DNA of 64,000 bases from Alphaproteobacteria bacterium. GTDB lineage: Bacteria > Pseudomonadota > Alphaproteobacteria > Micropepsales > Micropepsaceae. Below are positions 32,802 through 41,394 of this stretch, one piece after another. The translations under genes and the position numbers were made by a program. Position 1 is the stretch's first letter; each line of letters opens with the position of its first letter. Location of the stretch: NCBI GenBank assembly GCA_040381215.1, contig JBEIHO010000012.1, positions 1,236 to 65,235 on the forward strand. Reading direction: 5' to 3'. The notes beneath the pieces are model-generated. The model ran no database searches, had not been told where the DNA came from, and saw only the letters and a list, made by a program, of their open reading frames with translations.

Positions 32802-32983
32802 TGGTGTCCGGCCTCGGCTGCCTGCCTGGACAACACGAATTTCCGATCACAGTAAGGGCACTCGACGGAGTGATTGCCGCCCATCTCAAGGAACACCTTT
32901 GGGTGGCCCAAGGCGCCACCACCTCCGTCACAGGAGATGCGATGGCTGTCAACGGTGATCACTTCTGCGGGAGGGGTCGTCAT
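32798..32983 (-). CDS. zf-CHCC zinc-finger domain protein
   Basis: ORF 32798..33157 trimmed to the ATG at 32983, because the longer form would overlap the tRNA. …ISCDGGGGALGHPKVFLEMG…VECPYCDRKF. Its stop overlaps the polA TTG. Confidence 0.75.
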   Translation of the reverse strand: MTTPPAEVITVDSHRISCDGGGGALGHPKVFLEMGGNHSVECPYCDRKFVLSRQAAEAGHH

Positions 32984-33105
32984 GGCGCTTTTGCCCGGAT
33001 CCTTGGATTTGGGCGGATCATACTGACCCGAGGTTTCACTGCAAGCGCCGGGAATGCACCAATTGCGTTGGACCGCCGCTTTCGTTAGTGTCCGCCGGCG
33101 CCAAG

Positions 33106-33181
33106 GCACCCATAGCTCAGTGGATAGAGCGCTGCCCTCCGAAGGCAGAGGTCGCACGTTCGAATCGTGCTGGGTGCGCCA
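33106..33181 (+). tRNA. tRNA-Arg (anticodon CCG)
   Basis: 76-nt cloverleaf read by hand. Acceptor GCACCCA/TGGGTGC, D arm GCTC/GAGC, anticodon stem CTGCC/GGCAG with loop CT-CCG-AA, T arm GCACG-TTCGAAT-CGTGC, discriminator G, encoded CCA. Confidence 0.95.
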
Positions 33182-33216
33182 CTTTCCCGCGCGCCAGCCG
33201 AAGATCCATTTCTGGC

Positions 33217-33915
33217 TTAGGGCGTACCTGTCTGCAACTCGATCTGGCAGACCCGGCCATGCGACTCATCGCAATTGCTGACCAGGCAATACTCGATCGG
33301 GGTGGTGCTGTCGTTGAGCATGAACACCCGGAAGGACTGCTTGGGCGCTTCACCCTGAACGAACCGCGTCGGCAGGTCGCAATAGGCCTCGAACTTGTCT
33401 TCGAAGAACTTGACCGGCCTCTCGGCACAGACGTTTTCGTTTCTCAGCGGCGAAACGAAAGACACGACGGCCATGCGCACGTCATCCCATGCCTGCCCGG
33501 CAGGAACGGTCGTGGGATTGAACTGTCCGCCAGTGTAGCTGCCGGAATTGGCGTCATAGCTGGTCTGCGGCCTTGCGCGCGCGATCACGAAACCCGCCAC
33601 CGGCGCGGCGCTGGTTCCCGAAGTCGTACCATAGCCCGAGGGCGACCCACTGCCGTAGCCTCCACCACCGCCCATCGAGGGATCGAAGAAGCCGATCAGG
33701 TACTCATCGATGTTGCCGGGCTGCAGCACCCGCGGCGAACCGATGCCCCCGCTGAACTGCTTCTCGCACTCCTGACGCTGCAGCGGCAGGGCCGTAACGG
33801 TGCATCCTTTGCACTCCTCCGACCCACCGTTGCTCATGAGCGCCCAGATGAGCAGGAGCGAAAAGATGATCGCCACCAGCACCACCAGTGTGTATTCGAT
33901 CAGTTTCCTCGACAT
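33217..33915 (-). CDS. Membrane-anchored Cys/Gly-rich hypothetical protein with pilin-like N-terminus
   Basis: 232 aa. MSRKLIEYTLVVLVAIIFSLLLIW hydrophobic N-terminus, a GGGGGYGSGSPSGYG low-complexity stretch, and 9 Cys (5 in the C-terminal half). Last gene of a 4-gene operon. Confidence 0.6.
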   Translation of the reverse strand: MSRKLIEYTLVVLVAIIFSLLLIWALMSNGGSEECKGCTVTALPLQRQECEKQFSGGIGSPRVLQPGNIDEYLIGFFDPSMGGGGGYGSGSPSGYGTTSGTSAAPVAGFVIARARPQTSYDANSGSYTGGQFNPTTVPAGQAWDDVRMAVVSFVSPLRNENVCAERPVKFFEDKFEAYCDLPTRFVQGEAPKQSFRVFMLNDSTTPIEYCLVSNCDESHGRVCQIELQTGTP

Positions 33916-33945
33916 TCAGCTCACCATATCCTTCGGGCTCATCCA

Positions 33946-34206
33946 CTATTCACTTGGCTTTGGTTGACGCCGCGGCACGACGTCATAGGTCCGGGGCTCG
34001 GCCGGTCCGGCTTGCGGCGCAGGCGCTCGGGGTGACTCCGGCCACTTGACCTTCTCCTTCGGCAGAAAAAGGTTGATGGCCGCAACGATGACAACCGTGG
34101 CGACAGCGGTGAAGGCCAGGATCTTCCAGGTCTTCGCATCGGCCTGCCTCAAACCATCATTCACGGACACTGGGTTGCTCAGCAGCTTGTGGTCACGGTT
34201 CGACAT
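33946..34206 (-). CDS. Small bitopic membrane protein (hypothetical)
   Basis: 86 aa with one TM (WKILAFTAVATVVIVAAINLFL) and a Pro-rich tail. Sits in tight spacing between its neighbours. Confidence 0.45.
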   Translation of the reverse strand: MSNRDHKLLSNPVSVNDGLRQADAKTWKILAFTAVATVVIVAAINLFLPKEKVKWPESPRAPAPQAGPAEPRTYDVVPRRQPKPSE

Positions 34207-34233
34207 CGTTCGCCCTGAGGCTCCCTCTGGTAC

Positions 34234-35541
34234 CTAACGGTCGCAGTCCGTGTCGCGCATCCGGAATGCGCCCTGCCCGAAAATACGATTGGCGCGCGAC
34301 GTGCAGTCACCACCATAACACACGCAGTCGCCGCTTTGGCAGGTAAGGCTGTTTCGATCAGCCTCGCCACGCGCGCCAGCCTGAAGGTCGATGGCAACGA
34401 CCCGAGAGCCATTCACCTTGTTGTTGCGCAAGGTGACATAGGCGCCTGGCGCCACCTTGATCCCGTGCGCCGGTCCGTTGACGGTCGTATCCTCGACCAG
34501 CACGCTGGCGCCCGCACCAAGGGACAGCCCCGTATTGTAGCCGGACACCGTGACGCCCTTGATGACGATGCGACGCGCCTCGAGCCCGGAAAGCCAAGGC
34601 AAGTCGTTGAGGGCCTGCCCGCCACCGACAAGAATGCCGAAATCACCCGGGCTGGACGCAGGATAAGGATCTTCAGCCTCCCAGCGCACGACATTAACCC
34701 CCGTCAGTTGCAGCGCATCGCGGGCGCCATCAATGACAATCCCGGCCTTTGCGCCCTTCACGAGCACACCCGACAGATTGATATTGGCGGCATTCATCCG
34801 CACCACGAACGGACCGTTCTGGGTCGTGGCAAGGCGGCTCTCATTGATCCACACGCGTCCGGCAGACACCGCAAACAGCGCAGCATCCTTGGCACGGATG
34901 GTCGAACGACGCATGGTCACGCCGCCGCTGGTGACAAGGATGGCCGAATCCTGGCCACGCCACGCAAGGTTGACCTCTTCGAAATTGACCTCGCCAGACC
35001 TGACATTCACGCAGACATCCATGTCGATGCCGCCGAAGACAGCAGGGCCCTTCGTGCCACCGGCCACAACCTGCGCACAGGTAGCGCCCACCAGCCGCGC
35101 CCGCGGCCCATAGGCATAGTTCGCCGATGTAACAACAACACCACCACCAAAGGACAGCCCGGACACATCACACGGCGCACCAGGCACCACACTGACTTGA
35201 CCGGGAGCGCCGCGCATGAACTCGAGCGCCTCGCGAACAGTCCCGAAAGAACCCCGCGACGTCGGCGCCGCGCAATTCACGACGACATTCCGGCCCGCTC
35301 CAATCGGTGCCGGGCCCCAGTCGGGCCTGTGAGGGCGATGCTTGGGCTTGTCCTGGCAACACAAGCGTATGTTGGGAAACGAATACGGATCCTGCTGACC
35401 ATCAAGCTGAGCCTCAGCCTGCGCGCCCTGGTACCCCCTCGCCGCAGCGGGCTCCGGCAACAGCAGCGCACCAGCCATCAATGTGACTGCCGCCATCACA
35501 GCAGCTGGAAGCCGCCCGACGCTGATATCCAGTACCTTCAT
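34234..35541 (-). CDS. Secreted right-handed beta-helix repeat protein (hypothetical)
   Basis: ATG at 35541 preceded by GGAGAGG. Signal-like N-terminus, then repeated short beta-strand/turn periodicity (…VVVTSANY…VNVRSGEVNF…ILVTSGGVTM…VWINESRL…INLSGVLV…). Cys-rich C-terminus (CQSGDCVCYGGDC). Confidence 0.65.
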   Translation of the reverse strand: MKVLDISVGRLPAAVMAAVTLMAGALLLPEPAAARGYQGAQAEAQLDGQQDPYSFPNIRLCCQDKPKHRPHRPDWGPAPIGAGRNVVVNCAAPTSRGSFGTVREALEFMRGAPGQVSVVPGAPCDVSGLSFGGGVVVTSANYAYGPRARLVGATCAQVVAGGTKGPAVFGGIDMDVCVNVRSGEVNFEEVNLAWRGQDSAILVTSGGVTMRRSTIRAKDAALFAVSAGRVWINESRLATTQNGPFVVRMNAANINLSGVLVKGAKAGIVIDGARDALQLTGVNVVRWEAEDPYPASSPGDFGILVGGGQALNDLPWLSGLEARRIVIKGVTVSGYNTGLSLGAGASVLVEDTTVNGPAHGIKVAPGAYVTLRNNKVNGSRVVAIDLQAGARGEADRNSLTCQSGDCVCYGGDCTSRANRIFGQGAFRMRDTDCDR

Positions 35542-35586
35542 GGTGCCTCTCCGGGAAACGGATGGGTTGCGGTCAACTGCATGCAT

Positions 35587-37272
35587 CTAGTTGGTAGCCG
35601 GCTTGACAGCTGCAGGCGGCACGCTTGGCGCCACGGCATCCGCCTCACGCTCTCGCTCGCGACGGCACCGTCGGGTACGGCACTCATCCTTGGATGCCAC
35701 AGGTGCAGTATCCAGCAGCCGCGCCAACTCCGAACGCGTCGGCTCGAAGCCCGCGACAGCAGCACCCTGCCTGTAACGCACGGCGCGATCTTCGGACTTT
35801 TCGACACCATCAGCACCCTGCGTGTAGAGTTCGGCCAACGAGTGCATCGCCTCGCCGTCGCCCTGCTCCGCGGCAAGCAGCAACCACTTCTCGGCCCGCA
35901 CAAAATTCACGGGCACGCCGACACCTTTCACATACATGATACCCAGAACACGCTGAGCCTTGGCGTTTCCGCGGACGGCCATGATCTGGATAAGCCGGGT
36001 AAGCTGCATCGGGGCAAAGGTACCGGTCTGCGGATCACCCAGCATGTCCTGGTACTTGGATATCGCCCGCACCAGATCCTGCGCTCCGGGCCCCCTGAGG
36101 AACCCGATCGCACGCAGCATGTCCCCGCCCAGGGGCTGCAGGCGATGCGCCTTCGCCAGGGCGCGCTCACGCGACAGGTTGATGGGGCATTCATCCCCGT
36201 GGACCAACCCGGACGGGGTCTCTCCACGATACCGCGTTTCGGCGGCATAGAACTCGAACGGCGCAAGCCACGTCTGAGCCTTGGCCTTGGCCTTTGCCTG
36301 CAGGTCATTGCCGGCAGCCTTCGGATCCGGGCCACTTCCAACCGTCAGTCGCTTCAGTTCGTCGATGTACTGCTTGGCAACGGGATGACCGGCCCGCTCG
36401 GCCAGCAGATAGAAAACCATCGCCTCGATGGTGCTGGTCTGGAACGCCGACGTCGACCCCTCGAGCGCCGACGAGTAGCGCGAGCAACTATTTGGCATCA
36501 GCCAGCCGAACCAGTCACTGTTGCTGCAAAGCTTGTTGACCCAGAAGTCGAACGAGGTCCTGTAGGACCCGCCGTACGAACTGGTCGCCGCCGGATAGCC
36601 AGAGCCCGTGCTTGTCGTGCTGTAGCTGTCGATCTTGCGGCTGTAGACCCCGCCAGGGCGCGGCACATGCACCCACGGATCGGCAACGACGCCCGACAGC
36701 GGCCCCGTCGATGCAGAATGCCGCTGGTTGATATAGGGGTCCTGCAACTGCCCCAGCAATATGAACCCGTCGCCGCCGCGGCAGGCCGCGATGTACATGA
36801 TCCTGTTGCGCGCATCGATGCGCTCGTCCTGCAGCAGGTTGCGATAGATGCCTTCGGCTTCGTTTTCCGCACTTGCAAGCTTGCTGACCACGAAGTCCGC
36901 AGCCGCATCAAGATGGAAGTGATCGAAAATGGCCGAGTTATGAGCCGCGATGAAGTACCAGACATAGGCTTCAACCGGATCGTAGTAGCCTTTGTCATCC
37001 TCCCGCTTGGCGGAATAGATGTCACCCAGCTTCACCTGCGCAAAGAAATCGTTCTCCTGCCAGGCCGCGCGTCGACACAGCTTGATCGCTTCATCCTTGC
37101 GCCCGAGCTGGTAGGCACGCTCACACTCCGCCACATCCGCCTGCGCGGGAAGTACAAGCCCCAAAGAGGCGCCGAGAGCCAGGGCTGCAAGCAGCAACAC
37201 CCGCAGCAACGTTGCGATACGCCGCACCGAAACCAGGAAAGTGCTGTGCACGGGGCTACACGAAGTGTGCAT
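35587..37272 (-). CDS. Exported Sel1-like repeat (SLR/TPR) protein
   Basis: ATG at 37272 preceded by GAGAGGA. Signal peptide …LLLAALALGASLGLVLPAQA. Sel1 repeats (AKAQRVLGIMYVKGVGVPVNFVRAEKWLLLAAEQGDGEAMHSLAELYTQG). A possible PG-binding-like stretch (RAISKYQDMLGDPQTGTFAP). Confidence 0.75.
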   Translation of the reverse strand: MHTSCSPVHSTFLVSVRRIATLLRVLLLAALALGASLGLVLPAQADVAECERAYQLGRKDEAIKLCRRAAWQENDFFAQVKLGDIYSAKREDDKGYYDPVEAYVWYFIAAHNSAIFDHFHLDAAADFVVSKLASAENEAEGIYRNLLQDERIDARNRIMYIAACRGGDGFILLGQLQDPYINQRHSASTGPLSGVVADPWVHVPRPGGVYSRKIDSYSTTSTGSGYPAATSSYGGSYRTSFDFWVNKLCSNSDWFGWLMPNSCSRYSSALEGSTSAFQTSTIEAMVFYLLAERAGHPVAKQYIDELKRLTVGSGPDPKAAGNDLQAKAKAKAQTWLAPFEFYAAETRYRGETPSGLVHGDECPINLSRERALAKAHRLQPLGGDMLRAIGFLRGPGAQDLVRAISKYQDMLGDPQTGTFAPMQLTRLIQIMAVRGNAKAQRVLGIMYVKGVGVPVNFVRAEKWLLLAAEQGDGEAMHSLAELYTQGADGVEKSEDRAVRYRQGAAVAGFEPTRSELARLLDTAPVASKDECRTRRCRREREREADAVAPSVPPAAVKPATN

Positions 37273-37761
37273 GGATCCTCTCACGCGATGGCGGCGGTAC
37301 AACTGCGATCAGGCTTGTTGCCGGGGTGGGGAAGCAAGACGAGCAGCGGGCTCCGCATCTGCATTCATACAGTCCCAGACAGCAAACATGAGTCAAGCGC
37401 TAGAGAGGCGAAAAGCGAGATAAAGTCTAGGCTTTACGCCTGTTTGCGTACACGGCGCATGAGGCAGACCAACTTCAACGCGCGCACGCAGAACTAGCAC
37501 CAGGGCCCCGCACGACAGACCGCGAGTTGAGCGGCAGGAAACGGTTGTGCAATCAGGGGTCGCATCGCGGACGGCTTAACTAAGAAATCCCAGCCCCCTC
37601 AAGCCGCTTTTCGCCTCAACAGGGAAATTCCGCAAGGGGACAAGGCGCTCCTGCCGGCTCAATCCAGCATCACGCAAGGCAATGCGCGCATGCGGCGAGT
37701 ATCATCGCATCCGCGCGCGCCCAGCCGTGGAGTGCCGCGCCACGCATCACCACGCCGAATC

Positions 37762-37801
37762 AAAAAAGCGGCTAGGCGCACGTCGTGCGCAGAAAGCCGC
37801 T
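37762..37801 (-). terminator. Rho-independent terminator after the glycerophosphodiesterase gene
   Basis: Minus-strand RNA forms agcggct…(inner gcgcac/gtgcgc hairpin)…agccgct followed by tttttt. Confidence 0.6.
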
Positions 37802-37815
37802 GGCGCGAAAGAGCA

Positions 37816-38577
37816 TCAACTCCACAGGCCCCTCGCTTGCAGCACCCGCTTGAGGGCCGCGGGACGATCCGTCATGATTCCATGCACGCCGATGTCGATC
37901 AGCTGATTCATCTCCCCCTCATCATCGATCGTCCACGCGTGAACCTGCAGGCCCTGTCGCTCGGCCGCACGAACGAAACCCCGCGAAATGATCCTGAGAC
38001 CGTTGCGCGCAACAGGAACCTGCGCACACCCCTCTCGCCCGCGCCCTGCCGGAAAACCGAACGACGAAGACTTCAGCCGCAGGATGCCGGCGGGCCCGAG
38101 CGCGGTACAAACACGCCCGTCAAATGCATCCTGCACCTGCCGGATCCGATGGCCTGAAAAGGAGCCAACACATACCCGATCCTCGGCACCAATGCGCTTG
38201 ATCAATGCAATGAGAGGCGCCACCGCCGCATCGTGCTTGGGATCGATGTTGAAGCGAACATCGGGCCAGCGGGTCAGCAACGCTTCCATGAGAGGGATAG
38301 GCTCGCTGCCACCGATACGCGCCCGCTCGAGAACCGAGTAAGGCAGAGCCTCCAGCAAGCCCGACTGGTCGGTCACCCGGTCAAGGAACCTGTCATGGAA
38401 CGAGACCAGCACACCATCAGCCGTTGCGTAGGCATCCGTCTCCAGATAGCGGTAGCCCAGTGACACCGCGTAGCTGAAGGCTTTCATGGTGTTCTCGGGC
38501 GCCTCCAGCGCCCCGCCCCGGTGTGCAAACGCCAGCACGCCACCATGCTCGAGATAAGGGAACTTTGCTGGGCGCAT
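37816..38577 (-). CDS. Glycerophosphodiester phosphodiesterase family protein
   Basis: AFAHRGG…PENT…ETDAYATADGVLVSFHD GDPD signature, 253 aa. Confidence 0.85.
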   Translation of the reverse strand: MRPAKFPYLEHGGVLAFAHRGGALEAPENTMKAFSYAVSLGYRYLETDAYATADGVLVSFHDRFLDRVTDQSGLLEALPYSVLERARIGGSEPIPLMEALLTRWPDVRFNIDPKHDAAVAPLIALIKRIGAEDRVCVGSFSGHRIRQVQDAFDGRVCTALGPAGILRLKSSSFGFPAGRGREGCAQVPVARNGLRIISRGFVRAAERQGLQVHAWTIDDEGEMNQLIDIGVHGIMTDRPAALKRVLQARGLWS

Positions 38578-38679
38578 CGGTCGGCCTTTCAGGACTTCTG
38601 CGCAGGTCAGTGGCGCGCGCAGGCTGGATCAGACGGGAATGACACTCTAGTCTCGCACCACACATTGCGGGGAAGTAAG

Positions 38680-40518
38680 ATGAAAAGCCATACGATTGAC
38701 CGTCGGTCATTTTTGAAATTTTCGGCCGCCACGGCCGCCCTTGGCCTGAGCGGGTGTATTGACGACATCGACGGCAACCCGCTGGCGCCATCGGCGGGAA
38801 CCGCGGAAGACGAGCGGCTCCTCGAATTCTTTTCGCGCAGCTTCACCCGGGAACTCGAAGACGCACCCGAGTTCATGACCGCACTCGGCATGAAGAAGCG
38901 ATACAGCGAATGGGGCGATTACTCCGAAGCCTTCATCGAGAAGTCGGGCAAGGCCACCATCGCGGATACGGCCTTCATGCGAGACCAGATCAATCGATCC
39001 GCCCTGAGCCCGTCGATGCAGGTCTCGTACGATGTTTTCCTTTTCAGGAATGAACAGCGGACGGCCAATTACCCCTTCCGCTACCACAACTACGAGGCAT
39101 CGCACTTTGGCGGCCCGCACCAGTCGATCCCGAATTTGCTGATCAACCAGCACCGCATCGATGAAGTCTCGGACGCCGAGGCTTTCATCGCCCGCCTGAA
39201 CGCAACCCCTGTCGTGATGCAGCAAGCCACGGATTTCATGCGTGCCTCTGCAGCCAAGGGCCTGACCTTGCCGCGTTTCTCCTACGAATTGATGCTGCTG
39301 GATGCACGAAAGGTCATGTCGGGCCACCCCTTCGAGGGTACCGGAGAAAATGAAATTTTCTCGGCATTCCGCAAGAAGCTCGACAAGACCACCATCCCCG
39401 AAGCACAGAAGACAAGACTGCTGGCTGAAGCAGAAAAGGCGATGATCAACCGCCTCAAGCCGGCATACGATCTGTTTCTCGATGTCACTGCAGACATCGG
39501 CCGTAGTGTGAAGGCAGACCACGGGGTCGGCACACTGCCGGACGGCAAGGCATTCTACAACGAACGCATCGCAGCTCACACGACGCTCGGAATTCCAGCC
39601 GCGGACATCCATGCACTGGGCCTGTCCGAAGTTGCGCGTCTGTCGGCCGACATGAAGGCTGTAAAAAAGCGCCTCCGCTTCCGGGGAACGCTCGCCCAAT
39701 TCTACCAGGATTTGCGGACCAACCCGAAATACCTCTACCCATCAACCCCCAAGGGTCGCGCCGATTATCTCGAGCGGGCCTTGTATCTGCAGCAGAAAGC
39801 AGCCGCGGCCATTCCCTCCGTGTTTGGCACGCTTCCCAAGGCGCCCGTCGACGTCAAGCGCATGGAACCCTTTCTCGAAGGCGGGCAAACCATCGCATTC
39901 TACAACTCGCCCTCCCCCGATGGGGCGCGTCCGGGCTATGTCTTCTACAACCTTGCATCCATGGCCACCCTGCCGAAATGGCAGATGGCAGCGCTTGCCT
40001 TCCATGAAGGCATCCCAGGTCACCACCTCCAGATTTCAATCGCCCAGGAGGCGGCCACCATTCCCGAGTTCCGGAAATACACGGGCTTCACAGCCTTCGT
40101 GGAAGGCTGGGCGCTCTACACGGAATACCTGGCTGGCGAAATGGGTCTGTATGAAAACGACCTGGACGAGGTTGGCCGTATCACGATGGAACTATGGCGC
40201 GCCTGCCGCCTCGTCGTGGACACAGGCATCCACGCCTATGGTTGGAGCCGCGACAAGAGCGTGAAGTACTTCCTCGCAAACACAGCGCTGACACGCGACA
40301 ACATCGTGCGCGAGATTGATCGCTACTTCGTCTATCCGGGCCAGGCCTGCGCCTATCAGATCGGCCGAAACAGGATCCTGGAATTGCGTGAAACGGCCCG
40401 CAAGCAACTGGGACCGAAATTCGACCTTCGGAAATTCCACGATGCCGTTCTGGGAAACGGAGCCGTCCCCTTGCCCGTCCTTGAGACAATCGTCACCGCG
40501 TGGATATCCCGGCAATAG
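38680..40518 (+). CDS. DUF885-family exported lipoprotein
   Basis: ORF trimmed to the ATG at 38680. Tat-like signal plus lipobox MKSHTIDRRSFLKFSAATAALGLSGC. C-terminal HEGIPGHH…E metallo-motif typical of DUF885. Confidence 0.8.
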   Translation: MKSHTIDRRSFLKFSAATAALGLSGCIDDIDGNPLAPSAGTAEDERLLEFFSRSFTRELEDAPEFMTALGMKKRYSEWGDYSEAFIEKSGKATIADTAFMRDQINRSALSPSMQVSYDVFLFRNEQRTANYPFRYHNYEASHFGGPHQSIPNLLINQHRIDEVSDAEAFIARLNATPVVMQQATDFMRASAAKGLTLPRFSYELMLLDARKVMSGHPFEGTGENEIFSAFRKKLDKTTIPEAQKTRLLAEAEKAMINRLKPAYDLFLDVTADIGRSVKADHGVGTLPDGKAFYNERIAAHTTLGIPAADIHALGLSEVARLSADMKAVKKRLRFRGTLAQFYQDLRTNPKYLYPSTPKGRADYLERALYLQQKAAAAIPSVFGTLPKAPVDVKRMEPFLEGGQTIAFYNSPSPDGARPGYVFYNLASMATLPKWQMAALAFHEGIPGHHLQISIAQEAATIPEFRKYTGFTAFVEGWALYTEYLAGEMGLYENDLDEVGRITMELWRACRLVVDTGIHAYGWSRDKSVKYFLANTALTRDNIVREIDRYFVYPGQACAYQIGRNRILELRETARKQLGPKFDLRKFHDAVLGNGAVPLPVLETIVTAWISRQ

Positions 40519-40654
40519 CGCGCACGGGAACCGCTCCGCGCCCACATTTCCGGGGAAGCCGCAAGGTAAATCAACGTGTTTTGCCCGGGATGCAACGTGT
40601 TCTTGAGATATGCTAGGTTACGACAAGATCAGGACTTGAACTGCACAAGCAACC

Positions 40655-41368
40655 ATGAACCCGAGACGACGAGACCTGCTGCTGGCTGCGGGGCTGACAC
40701 TGGTGTTTGGCGCCAGCGCCTCGGCCCGCATTCTCGTGGAAGGAAACATGGACGCGCTGAGAAAGCCGTCCACGCCTCGCCGCCTTTCGCTTCGGCACGC
40801 GCACACGGGCGAGACCTTCACAGGCCTCTACCGGGACCATGTGGGCCCGCTTCCCGACGCCATGATAGACCTGTCGTGGTTCCTCAGAGACCACCGCGAG
40901 GACGTCCGCGGGCCTCTTCACGTTGAAACGCTCGATTTCCTCGCGGACTTGATGGGTGAGAGCGGCCTCGCCAGAGCGACAGTGCTATCGGCTTATCGCA
41001 CACCGGGAACAAACGCCAAGCTCGCGACCAAATACTTCGGCGTCGCGGAAAAGAGCCAGCACCTCGCGGGCCGCGCAATCGATATAACGCTCGACACCAG
41101 GCTGGAAAAGACAGCGGGCCTCGCTCGAACAATGTCGCGCGGCGGCGTCGGCTGGTATCCGCAATCGCACTTCATCCACTTGGACTCAGGGCCGGTGCGC
41201 CAGTGGACAGTGGACACGGCCGTGCGGGCACGCTCTGGCGACAGAACCAAACCGGACGATAGCCTCGTCGCCGGGTTTCTCGACAAGAAGCCCAGGCGCC
41301 CGCTCTCTGTGAGCGAACGGCTGAAGCTCCACAAGGCCCTGGCCCGCAAACAGGCGCGCCCCGGCTAG
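40655..41368 (+). CDS. DUF882/YcbK-type peptidase M15 (MepK-like murein endopeptidase family), Tat-exported
   Basis: MNPRRRDLLLAAGLTLVFGASASA signal. SAYRTP…SQHLAGRAIDI…HFIHLD metal-binding motifs. Confidence 0.85.
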   Translation: MNPRRRDLLLAAGLTLVFGASASARILVEGNMDALRKPSTPRRLSLRHAHTGETFTGLYRDHVGPLPDAMIDLSWFLRDHREDVRGPLHVETLDFLADLMGESGLARATVLSAYRTPGTNAKLATKYFGVAEKSQHLAGRAIDITLDTRLEKTAGLARTMSRGGVGWYPQSHFIHLDSGPVRQWTVDTAVRARSGDRTKPDDSLVAGFLDKKPRRPLSVSERLKLHKALARKQARPG

Positions 41369-41394
41369 TCAGGAGAAGGCTCGCGCAGCCACGA

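Noticed and set aside
33088-34035. 315-aa + strand ORF starting inside the tRNA-Arg gene
   Set aside because: It overlaps a tRNA with a complete hand-folded cloverleaf and is antisense to two better-supported genes. Its composition is Arg-rich junk.
34336-37497. 1053-aa ORF on the + strand, the longest unannotated ORF in the window
   Set aside because: It is an antisense shadow of the beta-helix and Sel1 genes. The translation is Arg/His/Pro/Gly-rich with no motifs or RBS. The minus-strand ORFs have strong SDs, signal peptides and Sel1 repeats. Long stop-free antisense frames are expected at this GC content.
33106-37815. tRNA-Arg-flanked block as an integrative genomic island
   Set aside because: No integrase, recombinase or mobility gene is present. 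I could not spot a direct repeat of the tRNA 3' end at the far boundary, and the GC difference is modest. It is kept only as a possibly accessory operon.
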